Shown: positions 17,353 to 26,428, numbered from the stretch's first letter. The stretch is DNA of 33,680 nucleotides from a virus (IMGVR_UViG_2526164670_000016:1-33680); one strand, 5' to 3'. The notes: generated from the letters alone by a model not told the origin. Numbers and translations: made by a program.

Positions 17353-18375
17353 TTACGCGCCCCCTCCCGGTGCAACTTCGCCGGTCGCAAGGGTGATTTT
17401 GTCGAATGCCGCATACAGCTCGTCATGCTCGACGCCGTAACCTTCCATGCGCAGATAGTTGTTCTCGAAGCGCTTGCGGTCGTCGTTCCATTCCGCTTTA
17501 CGCTTACGTGTACCCTGCTGGGTGTAGATATGCAGGTTGTCCAGCGTGGTGACGATAAGGCGACCCTCCGGCATAAACGGCGGGGTGTACACGGTACGGC
17601 CAGCAACCTGGCGGCCAATAAGCTGCGCGGCAACTTTCTCAGTCGGGCGATCAATCTTATTCATCATTGTGGTGGCGTCGTTGCCGATAAGGTCAGCGGA
17701 AGCCAGCACGACCAGGCGTGGGTCATTGCGGAATGGCTCATAAATGCAGGTGTGCACAAGGTCCGTGACTGCCGCGTCCAGCCCAATAAAGTCAGCCCCT
17801 GACGCACCGATAGTGACGGCATCAGAAATAATCTGCTCAGATGAACGGTCTTTAACGATTTTGTGCCAGCCGATGTTGACGTCTTCGCCGTTCGGGTTAG
17901 CTTCCGGGTCGGTGTCTTCTGCAACACTCGTACCGTTGAACGCCACGCGTAACATGTCCAGCGCGAAAGATTCGTTGCTGAATGCCTGAATACGCTGGAA
18001 AAACTCCTCTTCGCTGCCCGCGTTCGCCCAGACAACCAGCAGGGAGTAAGGCAGATACGAACCAGAATCCGTTTCTACCAGCTTGTACTCGTTACCGGAC
18101 ACACCCAGGGCGCGAGAGAAACGACCGTCTTTTTTACGTCCGGTATAAATACCCGGTTTACCGGTGCTGACCACCTGGCCGGTGATCTGGTCCACATCCA
18201 GCACGTTAGGCAGCAGACGCAGGAACTCAGAACTTTGCAGCAGGGCATTGCGCAGCTGGGTTTCTTTCGGATTGGTCAGCGAGAAGTAGCGCGACGTGTC
18301 CACCTGGCCGTTAGCTTTCGCCAGGCCTGCGGCAAACTTACGCAGCATCTGCTCTGCTTTTGGGGTTAATTGCAT
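17353..18375 (-). CDS. N: Major capsid protein (P2 gpN family), 340 aa
   Basis: Size and position between scaffold and small terminase; motifs comparable to P2 gpN (for example the DPRLVVL region) from memory, but diverged. Confidence 0.8.
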   Translation of the reverse strand: MQLTPKAEQMLRKFAAGLAKANGQVDTSRYFSLTNPKETQLRNALLQSSEFLRLLPNVLDVDQITGQVVSTGKPGIYTGRKKDGRFSRALGVSGNEYKLVETDSGSYLPYSLLVVWANAGSEEEFFQRIQAFSNESFALDMLRVAFNGTSVAEDTDPEANPNGEDVNIGWHKIVKDRSSEQIISDAVTIGASGADFIGLDAAVTDLVHTCIYEPFRNDPRLVVLASADLIGNDATTMMNKIDRPTEKVAAQLIGRQVAGRTVYTPPFMPEGRLIVTTLDNLHIYTQQGTRKRKAEWNDDRKRFENNYLRMEGYGVEHDELYAAFDKITLATGEVAPGGGA

Positions 18376-18403
18376 AATCTTTTATTCCTGAAAAGAATGG
18401 CTG

Positions 18404-19465
18404 TTAAACAAACTCAAACGGTTCTTTGCTTCCGCCTGGCGCACTGCCAGGGCGGCGCGTATTGCCGTTTTCCATCGCTGACAACTTGGTCAGGACGGTA
18501 GTCAGCTGCGTGGTAAGGTTGTCCATCTGGTTGCCAGCTGGCTGGCGACGGGCGGAAAAGTCACGGCGACGGCTGGCGCGTGGGCGCTTCGCTGGCGTCA
18601 CATTGAATGACTTCATGACTTTTGCCAAGTTGGCTTTGGCGGCGCTGAATTCTTCTGCTTTGACTTCGTCTTCCGGGTTTTCGATAACGTCCTGCGCCAG
18701 CTCGGCCACCTCGTCGGCAGCATCAGCGATCTGGGCGGCAACATCTGCCACCACATCAGCGGCCTGTTCCGGGGTATCAACCGTGTCAGCATCACCCGTT
18801 GCGGCGTCTTTACCGCTTTTAAGCAGATCCAGCATTTGCTGAATGAGCGCTTTTAATTCTTCCATTTTTTCTCCGTCGCCCTCGGTGGGCTTATCAGTGT
18901 TTGGCTCTGGCGTTGGCGTAAAATCTTTACTGGCCGAAAATAAACGCGACCAGAAAGAATCTTTTTTATCCGGTTTACTTGTCTGTAATTTTCCTAAGCT
19001 GAATGTTTCCAGACTCCCGCGCTCGGCGTCTTTTTCTTCACCGGCTAAAACAAATTTAATTTTTTCCGTTCCCAGACTTGCCGGAATATCCGTCACAGCC
19101 AGCCCGAAAAGATATTCACGACCACTGCCTGCAAAATCAGTGACAAATTCGGCTGACGTAAATAACTTTTGCCCCATACGGTTGGCATCAATTAAAAATT
19201 GATTCGGGATTAACTGGGCATATAACTTCGTGACGTCACCTTCCGTTTCCACTTTCAGCGCGTCCACTTCACCCAGGTTGCAGGTAAATTCACGCTCGCC
19301 GATATCGTATTGCGGGTGGTGCGGCCAAATCATGGCGGTGTAGGTTTTGCGGGTGTAGGTTTCTGCCGCATCAATCAACCATTGCGGTTCAATGGTGCGA
19401 CCGTCCACAGCCTGTCCAGATGTGGCAATACATAGCCAATCCGTGCGGTAATGAGATTGCGGCAT
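18404..19465 (-). CDS. O: Capsid scaffolding protein (P2 gpO family), 353 aa
   Basis: First gene of the minus-strand head operon, divergent from P; acidic Ala/Asp/Glu-rich central region typical of scaffold proteins. Confidence 0.75.
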   Translation of the reverse strand: MPQSHYRTDWLCIATSGQAVDGRTIEPQWLIDAAETYTRKTYTAMIWPHHPQYDIGEREFTCNLGEVDALKVETEGDVTKLYAQLIPNQFLIDANRMGQKLFTSAEFVTDFAGSGREYLFGLAVTDIPASLGTEKIKFVLAGEEKDAERGSLETFSLGKLQTSKPDKKDSFWSRLFSASKDFTPTPEPNTDKPTEGDGEKMEELKALIQQMLDLLKSGKDAATGDADTVDTPEQAADVVADVAAQIADAADEVAELAQDVIENPEDEVKAEEFSAAKANLAKVMKSFNVTPAKRPRASRRRDFSARRQPAGNQMDNLTTQLTTVLTKLSAMENGNTRRPGSAPGGSKEPFEFV

Positions 19466-19642
19466 AGCTGACCTTTAATAATGAATTTAAATAACAATAA
19501 TTCGTTTGTGGTGGTCAGTATTGCGAATTGATTAAAACAGCGCGACCGCTTTATTTCTTATGTATTCGGTTATAACTGGATAGCCACTTTATACCGATAT
19601 TTAATCATCAATTTTGCAAAATAATCCCGCCATAATAGCCGC
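19466..19642. promoter_or_regulatory. Divergent intergenic region between the O-like and P-like genes; expected site of Ogr-dependent late promoters
   Basis: 177-bp AT-rich spacer between divergently transcribed late operons; I did not find a perfect TGT-N12-ACA dyad by eye. Confidence 0.3.
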
Positions 19643-21454
19643 ATGGCTAAATATTCCGATGAATTAAAAGAAGCGGCCCGCACGCTTTATATAAAAAGCT
19701 GGACGCCGAAAGATATTGCGCAGGAACTGAATATTCCACCGCGTACAATTTACCACTGGGCTGACGTCGGGAAGTGGGCATCACTGCAGCCTGTTGAATC
19801 GGTGGAAAATGTCATCGCCCGCCGTATCGACCAGCTCTCCCGCCGCGAGAAAAAAACAGCGCTGGAACTGGAAGAACTGCGCGATCTAATTGCTCACCAT
19901 GTGAAACTCATGGCGCAGCGCAACAAGCACGCCGAAAAGCTGGCAGAAATTCAGGCCCAGAAAACGGCTTATGATGGTGAAGGGTACTGCCTCAGCAGCG
20001 CAGGCGGGGAACCAGGGGAAAGAAAGCGCCGGTATAAGAAAAACGACGTTTCCGGTATTACAGCGGAAATGCTCGACACCTGGGCGCAGGAACATCTCTT
20101 CGAGTACCAGCTGCACTGCCGCGAACATAAAGGCGAAGACTGGCGCTTCATTCTGAAAAGCCGCCAGGTGGGTATGACCTATTATTTCGCCTGGGAAGCA
20201 TTCGAAGACGCCGTCATTACCGGTGACAACCAGGTCTTTTTCTCTGCAAGCCGATCCCAGTCGGAAATCTTCCGCGAATACATCGTCCAGATCGCCCAGA
20301 ACCATTTCGGCGTGACGCTGACGGGTAAAAATATCCGCCTCAGTAACGGCGCAATACTGCGCTTTTTGTCCACGAACGCCAGCACCGCGCAGGGCTTTAA
20401 CGGCCACCTGTATGGCGATGAGGTTTTCTGGATCCCGAAATTCACGCGCCTGCATGAAGTTGCCAGCGCAATGGCAACGCATAACAAATACCGCACGACC
20501 TACTTTTCGACGCCCAGCGCGAAAACGCACCAGGCTTACCCGGTCTGGACTGGCGAAGCCTGGCGCGGGGACGACCCGAAACGCAAAGGTGTGAAGTTCC
20601 CGAACGAAAGCGAAATGTGCCAGGGCATTCTTTGCCCGGACCAGATCTGGCGCTACATCATCACGATGGAAGACGCTATCGAAGGCGGCCTCGGGGCGCT
20701 TGTCGATATTGAACGGCTGCGCAACAAATACAGCCCGACCGCGTTCGCCATGCTCTACATGTGCCAGTTTGTTGACAGTAAGGACGCGGTTTTCAAGTTC
20801 TCCGCGCTTGTCGGCTGTGAAGTGGACCGGGCCACATGGGGCGACTTTGATCTGACCGCTACGCGGCCTTTCGGCAATCGCGAAGTATGGGCAGGTTTTG
20901 ACCCGTCGCGCTCCGGCGACAACTCAACATTTGTGTTAATCGCGCCCCCTATAGAGGACGGCGAGCGCTTCCGCGTGCTGGCCGTCTGGCAATGGCAGGG
21001 TTTTAACTTCAGCTGGCAGGCCGACCAGATAAAGCAGCTTATGCGCCGCTTTAACATCACTTACATCGGGATCGATACAACCGGCATAGGTAAAGGCGTT
21101 TATGACCTTGTCAGCAAATTTGCGCCACGCGAAGCCACACCAATTCTTTACAGCGTCGAAAGCAAAAACCGCCTGGTGATGAAGATGATCGACGTTGTCG
21201 AGCGTAAGCGCATCGAATGGGCAAAAGACGCCGTAGACGAAACGAACAAGGAGCGCGTCGAAATTCCGGCCAGCTTTATGGCTATCCGGCGCACGACAAC
21301 CAACAGCGGCAATGCGCTGACGTTTGTTGCCGAACGTTCAGACGCGACCGGCCATGCAGATGTTTTCTTCGCTATCTCGCACGCCGTAATTAACGAACCT
21401 ATCGATCACGAATATGACCGCCCATCGGGCTGGTACTTTGGGAAAGCAGCATGA
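19643..21454 (+). CDS. P: Terminase ATPase (large) subunit (P2 gpP family), 603 aa
   Basis: Length and P2-like position, divergent from O and followed by the portal gene with an ATGA overlap. Confidence 0.85.
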   Translation: MAKYSDELKEAARTLYIKSWTPKDIAQELNIPPRTIYHWADVGKWASLQPVESVENVIARRIDQLSRREKKTALELEELRDLIAHHVKLMAQRNKHAEKLAEIQAQKTAYDGEGYCLSSAGGEPGERKRRYKKNDVSGITAEMLDTWAQEHLFEYQLHCREHKGEDWRFILKSRQVGMTYYFAWEAFEDAVITGDNQVFFSASRSQSEIFREYIVQIAQNHFGVTLTGKNIRLSNGAILRFLSTNASTAQGFNGHLYGDEVFWIPKFTRLHEVASAMATHNKYRTTYFSTPSAKTHQAYPVWTGEAWRGDDPKRKGVKFPNESEMCQGILCPDQIWRYIITMEDAIEGGLGALVDIERLRNKYSPTAFAMLYMCQFVDSKDAVFKFSALVGCEVDRATWGDFDLTATRPFGNREVWAGFDPSRSGDNSTFVLIAPPIEDGERFRVLAVWQWQGFNFSWQADQIKQLMRRFNITYIGIDTTGIGKGVYDLVSKFAPREATPILYSVESKNRLVMKMIDVVERKRIEWAKDAVDETNKERVEIPASFMAIRRTTTNSGNALTFVAERSDATGHADVFFAISHAVINEPIDHEYDRPSGWYFGKAA

Positions 21455-22512
21455 CAAAGAAACAGCGTAAAAATAAAAAATTCGGGTCCATGACCGGCAG
21501 CCGGGTTGAAACCTTCACGCCAGGGCGCGGAAGCGTGATCACATTTGGCGAACCAGAACCCATCCTGACGACCGGCACGGATTATCACAATATCTGGTAT
21601 GACAATGAGTATGACCACTGGCGACTTCCGATTGATCGCCTGGCGCTGGCCCAGTTGCCGAACCTTAACGGCCAGCATGGTGGTGTACTGTATGCGCGGC
21701 GCAATATGGTGGCCGGTGGCTACATCGGCGGCGGCCTGACGCCTGACCAGGTCGAACAGGCTGTCTTTGATTACCTGCTGTTTGGTGACGTTGCTATCCT
21801 GAAAATTCGTAACGTATTCGGGGAAGTGATCGACCTGCTGCCGCTGCCGTCGCTGTATCTTCGCTGCCGAAAAGACGGGTCGTTTGCTGTTTTGCAGGAA
21901 GGGCCAGCACTTATCTATGACCCGGAAGACATCGTCTTTTTTAAAATGTACGACCCGCGCCAGCAGGTGTATGGCCTGCCTGACTATATTGGCGGCATCC
22001 ATTCGGTGTTACTCAACAGTGAGGCAACCATCTTCCGACGCCGTTACTACAACAACGGGGCGCACATGGGCTTTATTCTCTATACCAGCGATCCGAATCT
22101 TACTCTGGAAATGGAAAACGAAATCAAAGAGAAGATCGCCCAGTCCAAAGGGCTGGGTAACTTCCGAAATATGTTTATCAACATCCCGAAGGGCGACCCG
22201 GAAGGGGTTAAAATCCTGCCGGTGGGCGAAGTCAGCGCAAAGGACGAATTTGCCAACATCAAAGGGATCACCGCACAGGATATCTTTACCGCTCACCGTT
22301 TCCCCGCTGGCCTGGCGGGTATCATCCCGACCAACGGCGCGGTAATGGGCAACCCTGAAACCGCCCGCACAACCTATCGCAAGGATGAAGTTATCCCCTT
22401 GCAGCGCAAGCTAATGAACGGCGTCAACAATGACCCGGAGATCCCCGCACACTTGCACCTGGTTTTTGACGTGGATATCCCGGCAATTACCACCGAAAAG
22501 GGCGAAAAATGA
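21451..22512 (+). CDS. Q: Portal protein (P2 gpQ family), 353 aa
   Basis: Size and position after the large terminase gene, with translational coupling. Confidence 0.85.
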   Translation: MTKKQRKNKKFGSMTGSRVETFTPGRGSVITFGEPEPILTTGTDYHNIWYDNEYDHWRLPIDRLALAQLPNLNGQHGGVLYARRNMVAGGYIGGGLTPDQVEQAVFDYLLFGDVAILKIRNVFGEVIDLLPLPSLYLRCRKDGSFAVLQEGPALIYDPEDIVFFKMYDPRQQVYGLPDYIGGIHSVLLNSEATIFRRRYYNNGAHMGFILYTSDPNLTLEMENEIKEKIAQSKGLGNFRNMFINIPKGDPEGVKILPVGEVSAKDEFANIKGITAQDIFTAHRFPAGLAGIIPTNGAVMGNPETARTTYRKDEVIPLQRKLMNGVNNDPEIPAHLHLVFDVDIPAITTEKGEK

Positions 22513-22568
22513 ACGCAGTTAAGTTAAAATCATCCCCACTGTTAGCAATGGCGTGCGGGATGGTGAAC

Positions 22569-22835
22569 ATGCGAGTTTTTAAAATTAAATGTCCTGAATG
22601 CGGCTCACCGGCCATCATTCGTAAATCTGACTGGAAAGACAAAAAACTGGCTGATTTATACTGCGCCTGCACGGAAGTTGAATGCGGCCACACCTTTGTT
22701 TTTAACGCCCAGTTTTCACATACCCTCAGCCCCAGCGGGCTGACCGGCAACAAGCTGGTTAAATTCCTGATTGACCGACTCAAGCCGGAAGAACGGCAAT
22801 TCGCGCTGGACCTGCTCAACGGCCAGACGGCATAA
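22569..22835 (+). CDS. ogr: Ogr/Delta-family zinc-finger late-gene transcriptional activator, 88 aa
   Basis: MRVFKIKCPECGSPAIIRK...YCACTEVECGH gives a C-x2-C-x22-C-x4-C motif as in P2 Ogr; ATG at 22569 with GGGATGG upstream (track ORF starts earlier at 22509). Confidence 0.75.
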   Translation: MRVFKIKCPECGSPAIIRKSDWKDKKLADLYCACTEVECGHTFVFNAQFSHTLSPSGLTGNKLVKFLIDRLKPEERQFALDLLNGQTA

Positions 22836-22837
22836 AC

Positions 22838-22869
22838 GAAGCCCGCATAAAGCGGGCTTCTTTTCATTT
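22838..22869 (+). terminator. Rho-independent terminator after ogr
   Basis: GAAGCCCGC-ATAAA-GCGGGCTTC hairpin followed by TTTTCATTT, starting 3 nt after the ogr stop. Confidence 0.65.
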
Positions 22870-22943
22870 AGAGTGATGTAATGTTATCCGCTATTTTGTT
22901 ACATTCATGGTGGATTTTGCCCTAATATCTGAGGAAAGAAGAT

Positions 22944-24299
22944 ATGCGAATGACCGCTCCAACCAAATCCTTTACTGATGGATTTTGTGAGAATGATGAT
23001 ATTTTTGAAAGAAAAAAACTCCACGATATCATTATGCGGGTTGCCACTAACGCCCCTGATAAAAGTTTAGTTTTAGCATTAGATGATAAATGGGGTAATG
23101 GGAAAACTTCATTTGTAAAAATGATGGAGTCAGAGATAAACAAAAACCACTCCGACGATTTCGAAGTCATCTATTTTGATGCTTTTAAAAGTGATTATCA
23201 GTCTGATCCATTTGTGGCATTAACTTCTAGCATATATTCTCTTATAAACAAAAGTGATGGAAAGTTAAAAACGCTATGTAAGGAACTGTTAGACATTGGA
23301 AAAAAACTTGGTGCCTCATTTGCTATAAATGGTGCGAAGTTTGCAATCAGTACACTTTCAGGTGGGTTACTATCTGGAACCGTTTTTGATAAGGCTACAG
23401 ACACAATAACTGACTCTATCTCTTCGCCCGTAGAGGAATATATAGAAAGCAAAATAAAAAATAGTGAAAGTGAAATCGCGATTATTGAGCGGTTTGGTGA
23501 TTTATTAACTAAAATTTGTGAACAAAGTGGTAAGAAAATATTTTTTATAATCGATGAGCTTGATCGTGCCCGCCCTGACTTTTCATTAGACTTATTAGAG
23601 AAAATAAAACATATATTTTCGGTTAAAGGTGTTATTTTCCTGTTGGTTGTTAATCGTGAACAATTTGAAAAAAGCATTGAATGTCGATATGGCAATATTA
23701 ACGCAAGGCTGTACCTTAATAAATTTGTCCATTACTGGTTTAGTCTTCCGAAGAGAAGCTATCTTTCTGAGGATTGTTTAAATAGATTTAAGCACTCCAC
23801 TATAAAACAATACCTTCTCACTATAGATAATGGTAATAATTTCTTCGTTCGCAATGGCTCCCTTGTAAATACGCTGGCGTATTTGTTAGAAGTCAATGGT
23901 TGTTCACTACGAGAGGCTGAGCGTTGTTACTCTGTGTTTGCAGTTATTGCAAATCCGAATAAAATAAACGAGTACAGTACCGATGCTTATAAAGTTGCAA
24001 TGGGACTAGTTGCATTTCTGAAAGTTCATAACCCTCAAATTCTATCTGATATCATATATAAGCGATATGAATTAAAAGAAATTCTACCAAAGCTATCAAT
24101 CAAAAGAGAACATTTAGAATATATCTCGGAGGTCTACTTACTTGATCACTTACTACAGTACCACTACAAATCAGATGAAGAATTAAAAAACCCTGAGAAC
24201 CAAAATCAATTTTCTGACTTACAAGGTTATTTTGGTCGAAGAGCCCCTGTTTTAGAAATGATGTTTGAAACAGTTGAAGGGTTTAATATTAGTTATTAA
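22944..24299 (+). CDS. KAP-family P-loop NTPase (PifA-like), 451 aa; candidate phage-exclusion protein
   Basis: Walker A WGNGKTS (aa 50-56) and Walker B IFFIIDELDRARPD (about aa 200) in the KAP style, with a hydrophobic insert between them (ASFAINGAKFAISTLSGGLLSGTVF); low-GC gene with its own RBS (GAGGAAAG) in the cargo island. Confidence 0.6.
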   Translation: MRMTAPTKSFTDGFCENDDIFERKKLHDIIMRVATNAPDKSLVLALDDKWGNGKTSFVKMMESEINKNHSDDFEVIYFDAFKSDYQSDPFVALTSSIYSLINKSDGKLKTLCKELLDIGKKLGASFAINGAKFAISTLSGGLLSGTVFDKATDTITDSISSPVEEYIESKIKNSESEIAIIERFGDLLTKICEQSGKKIFFIIDELDRARPDFSLDLLEKIKHIFSVKGVIFLLVVNREQFEKSIECRYGNINARLYLNKFVHYWFSLPKRSYLSEDCLNRFKHSTIKQYLLTIDNGNNFFVRNGSLVNTLAYLLEVNGCSLREAERCYSVFAVIANPNKINEYSTDAYKVAMGLVAFLKVHNPQILSDIIYKRYELKEILPKLSIKREHLEYISEVYLLDHLLQYHYKSDEELKNPENQNQFSDLQGYFGRRAPVLEMMFETVEGFNISY

Positions 24300-24346
24300 A
24301 CCGTAAAAACATTATTTGCAGGCTCTTTGCCGCCCGCACCCGCAGA

Positions 24347-24389
24347 ATCCTGCAGGCCGACGCAAACAGTTGCGACGTCCTGCAGGATT
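24347..24389. repeat. GC-rich inverted repeat (AATCCTGCAGG ... CCTGCAGGATT with a partly palindromic 22-nt centre)
   Basis: Perfect 11-bp arms at 24347-24357 and 24379-24389 between the convergent KAP gene and the 24394-25104 ORF. Confidence 0.5.
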
Positions 24390-24393
24390 GCAT

Positions 24394-25050
24394 TCATTCT
24401 TTTGGGGGGCGACCTTCTGCACCCGCCAGCATTTTTTGATACTCCCCGACCGGATCAAACCGCAGACGCGTGGCATCTATGCCGTGGTTTTCCCGCAGAC
24501 GTTCCCATAATTTATTCACCATCCGTGACTCGTCGGGTAATTGACGCGTTATCAACTGGCCGCCAGCACTGGCCCGATAAACTTTTCCGCCAATCTCCAG
24601 ACGGCTCCCCATTAACAGCGAAACGGCCTGAATCTCTGAAATCTCAACCGAACACAACACCGCATCTGCCAGCAGACTGGCAACCGCAGGGGCAAGCGCT
24701 GCCTGCCTAGCTTTTTCAGCCTCCGATCTGGCCTCGGTTTTTTCAACGGCAGAACGCCAGGCGACATCTAATTCGCTTCCTGGCTCATAAGGTGATCCGC
24801 TTTGCCGCCTTTTGAATGGTGTTTCACGTAGTCGCCGCATCAATTTGCGCCGCGTTGGCTGGTCCATATCTTCAAAATCGACGATTTCATCGTCTGAATC
24901 TTCTGTCGTTAACTCTCCGTCAGCTGGCACAGCCATTTCTGACATTGAAAAATCGGTGATTTTTTCGTCTTCCGTAGAGTTATTGACAGAACTCGAACTC
25001 AAACACTCTGTACATTTTTGTGCAGTATAAAAAGTCTTCATGTTGATCAT
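24394..25050 (-). CDS. Hypothetical protein, acidic N-terminal region; start uncertain (ATG at 25050 or 25041; track ORF starts at a GTG at 25104)
   Basis: Single open frame across a GC-rich segment that contrasts with the AT-rich flanking cargo genes; no strong RBS; no family recognised. Confidence 0.3.
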   Translation of the reverse strand: MINMKTFYTAQKCTECLSSSSVNNSTEDEKITDFSMSEMAVPADGELTTEDSDDEIVDFEDMDQPTRRKLMRRLRETPFKRRQSGSPYEPGSELDVAWRSAVEKTEARSEAEKARQAALAPAVASLLADAVLCSVEISEIQAVSLLMGSRLEIGGKVYRASAGGQLITRQLPDESRMVNKLWERLRENHGIDATRLRFDPVGEYQKMLAGAEGRPPKE

Positions 25051-25118
25051 CAGTGCATAGACTTTTATGATTAGTTCAAAATGGCATTGTGCAGTATGCT
25101 CCACAACGGGTGAGACTT

Positions 25119-25682
25119 ATGAACATTCAAACCGAGACAATTTTTAGCATTGGGCATGGTGCTCGCAGGCTAGAAGAATTTATAGCTTTGTTGAAAAAAT
25201 ATCATATCAGATATGTTATAGACGTTCGTTCAAAACCCAGATCTAGGTTTCACCCACATTTTAATCGTGAAGCTTTGACTCTTCATTTGAAAGAAGCAGG
25301 CATTCGATACGTATTCATGGGAGAACAATTAGGTGGTATTCCTAAAGATGATCAATGTTACGATGAAGACGGACGGGTTGATTACGAAAAAATAAAAAAC
25401 AAAGCTTTTTTCCATGAGGGAATTGAGAGAATAAAAACGGCTCATTCAAAAAATTTAAAAATTGCATGTATGTGTAGCGAGCTATCCCCTTGCGATTGCC
25501 ATAGAAGTAAATTAATTGGTGATTACTTGCAATCACTCGGGATAGAAATGCAGCATATAGATAAGAAAGGAGATATTAGTTCACAAAATGACGTAATGAA
25601 GGAAGTGCTCGGCTCAAACGGTGAATTGGACCTATTTTCGGACAACACCAAAAAATTAAAATCAAGAAAATCGTATCGTTGA
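25119..25682 (+). CDS. DUF488-like protein, 187 aa
   Basis: N-terminal IFSIGHGARRLEEFIALLKK...VIDVRSKPRSRFHPHFNRE and later CMCSE..PCDCHR match what I recall as the DUF488 signature; ATG at 25119 with GGTGAG upstream (track ORF starts at a GTG at 25089); low GC. Confidence 0.55.
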   Translation: MNIQTETIFSIGHGARRLEEFIALLKKYHIRYVIDVRSKPRSRFHPHFNREALTLHLKEAGIRYVFMGEQLGGIPKDDQCYDEDGRVDYEKIKNKAFFHEGIERIKTAHSKNLKIACMCSELSPCDCHRSKLIGDYLQSLGIEMQHIDKKGDISSQNDVMKEVLGSNGELDLFSDNTKKLKSRKSYR

Positions 25683-25697
25683 ATAAAGGGTATTGAG

Positions 25698-26309
25698 ATG
25701 AATACTGATGTAATAATTCTTTCCAGAACAAAAATGTCTGGAGATAAAATTTGCGTAGGTGGATTAGATCTTAATAGTGGGAAGATGTTAAGATTATTGG
25801 ATAATAGAGCAAGTGCTTTGACTTCAGCTTATCCATATAGTATTGGCGAAACATACTCAATAGAGTTTGCTGAAAGGTATCAAGTAGCAGCCCCACATGT
25901 TGAAGATGTAGCTGTTTATGACTACAGCTTAGCGAAAAGTTTTAATAAAGTAGATCTAGATACTATCGTCCATAAACACTCTGGTACATATAACAATCTT
26001 AGTGAACTCTTCTCTGGAAAACTTCACTGGCAAAACTCCAAGGGATATGCTTTGGAGTCAGACCCTCCGGAATTTAGCGTTCAAATAGCAAAAATTAATA
26101 AAATCCTAGTTAGAAATGGAACTGACTTTCAAGAGTTCGGCTCACTCAATCCGCGCAAAGTTAAATATGTTGGCGAACTTGATATAAATAGACTCCCTAG
26201 TAGAATAAATCCTGGCACACCTATTAGATTTTCTTTAGCTCGACCTTGGGATAAGGATAATAATGGTATTAAAGTGTGTTATTTACAACTATCTGGAGTT
26301 TACATTTAA
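25698..26309 (+). CDS. Hypothetical protein, 203 aa, co-operonic partner of the DUF488-like gene
   Basis: ATG 15 bp after the DUF488 stop with AAAGGG..GAG upstream; AT-rich; no family recognised. Confidence 0.5.
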   Translation: MNTDVIILSRTKMSGDKICVGGLDLNSGKMLRLLDNRASALTSAYPYSIGETYSIEFAERYQVAAPHVEDVAVYDYSLAKSFNKVDLDTIVHKHSGTYNNLSELFSGKLHWQNSKGYALESDPPEFSVQIAKINKILVRNGTDFQEFGSLNPRKVKYVGELDINRLPSRINPGTPIRFSLARPWDKDNNGIKVCYLQLSGVYI

Positions 26310-26428
26310 AAATTATTTAATATTAGAATAACGCGCTCAGCATTAACTTATTTTATAAAATGCAGAGCGCCTTATGAAATATAACTATTCAAACCTTTCG
26401 TTGAATCAATATCATTTATATTCGAAAA

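Noticed and set aside
19886-20530. 214-aa antisense ORF inside the large terminase gene
   Set aside because: Entirely antisense to a strongly supported P2 gpP-like gene.
21406-22002. 198-aa antisense ORF across the terminase-portal junction
   Set aside because: Antisense to two strongly supported coupled genes; no RBS.
24327-24710. 127-aa plus-strand ORF in the GC-rich patch
   Set aside because: Pro/Ala/Arg-rich low-complexity translation typical of an off-frame GC-rich sequence; the opposite-strand frame is longer and more gene-like.
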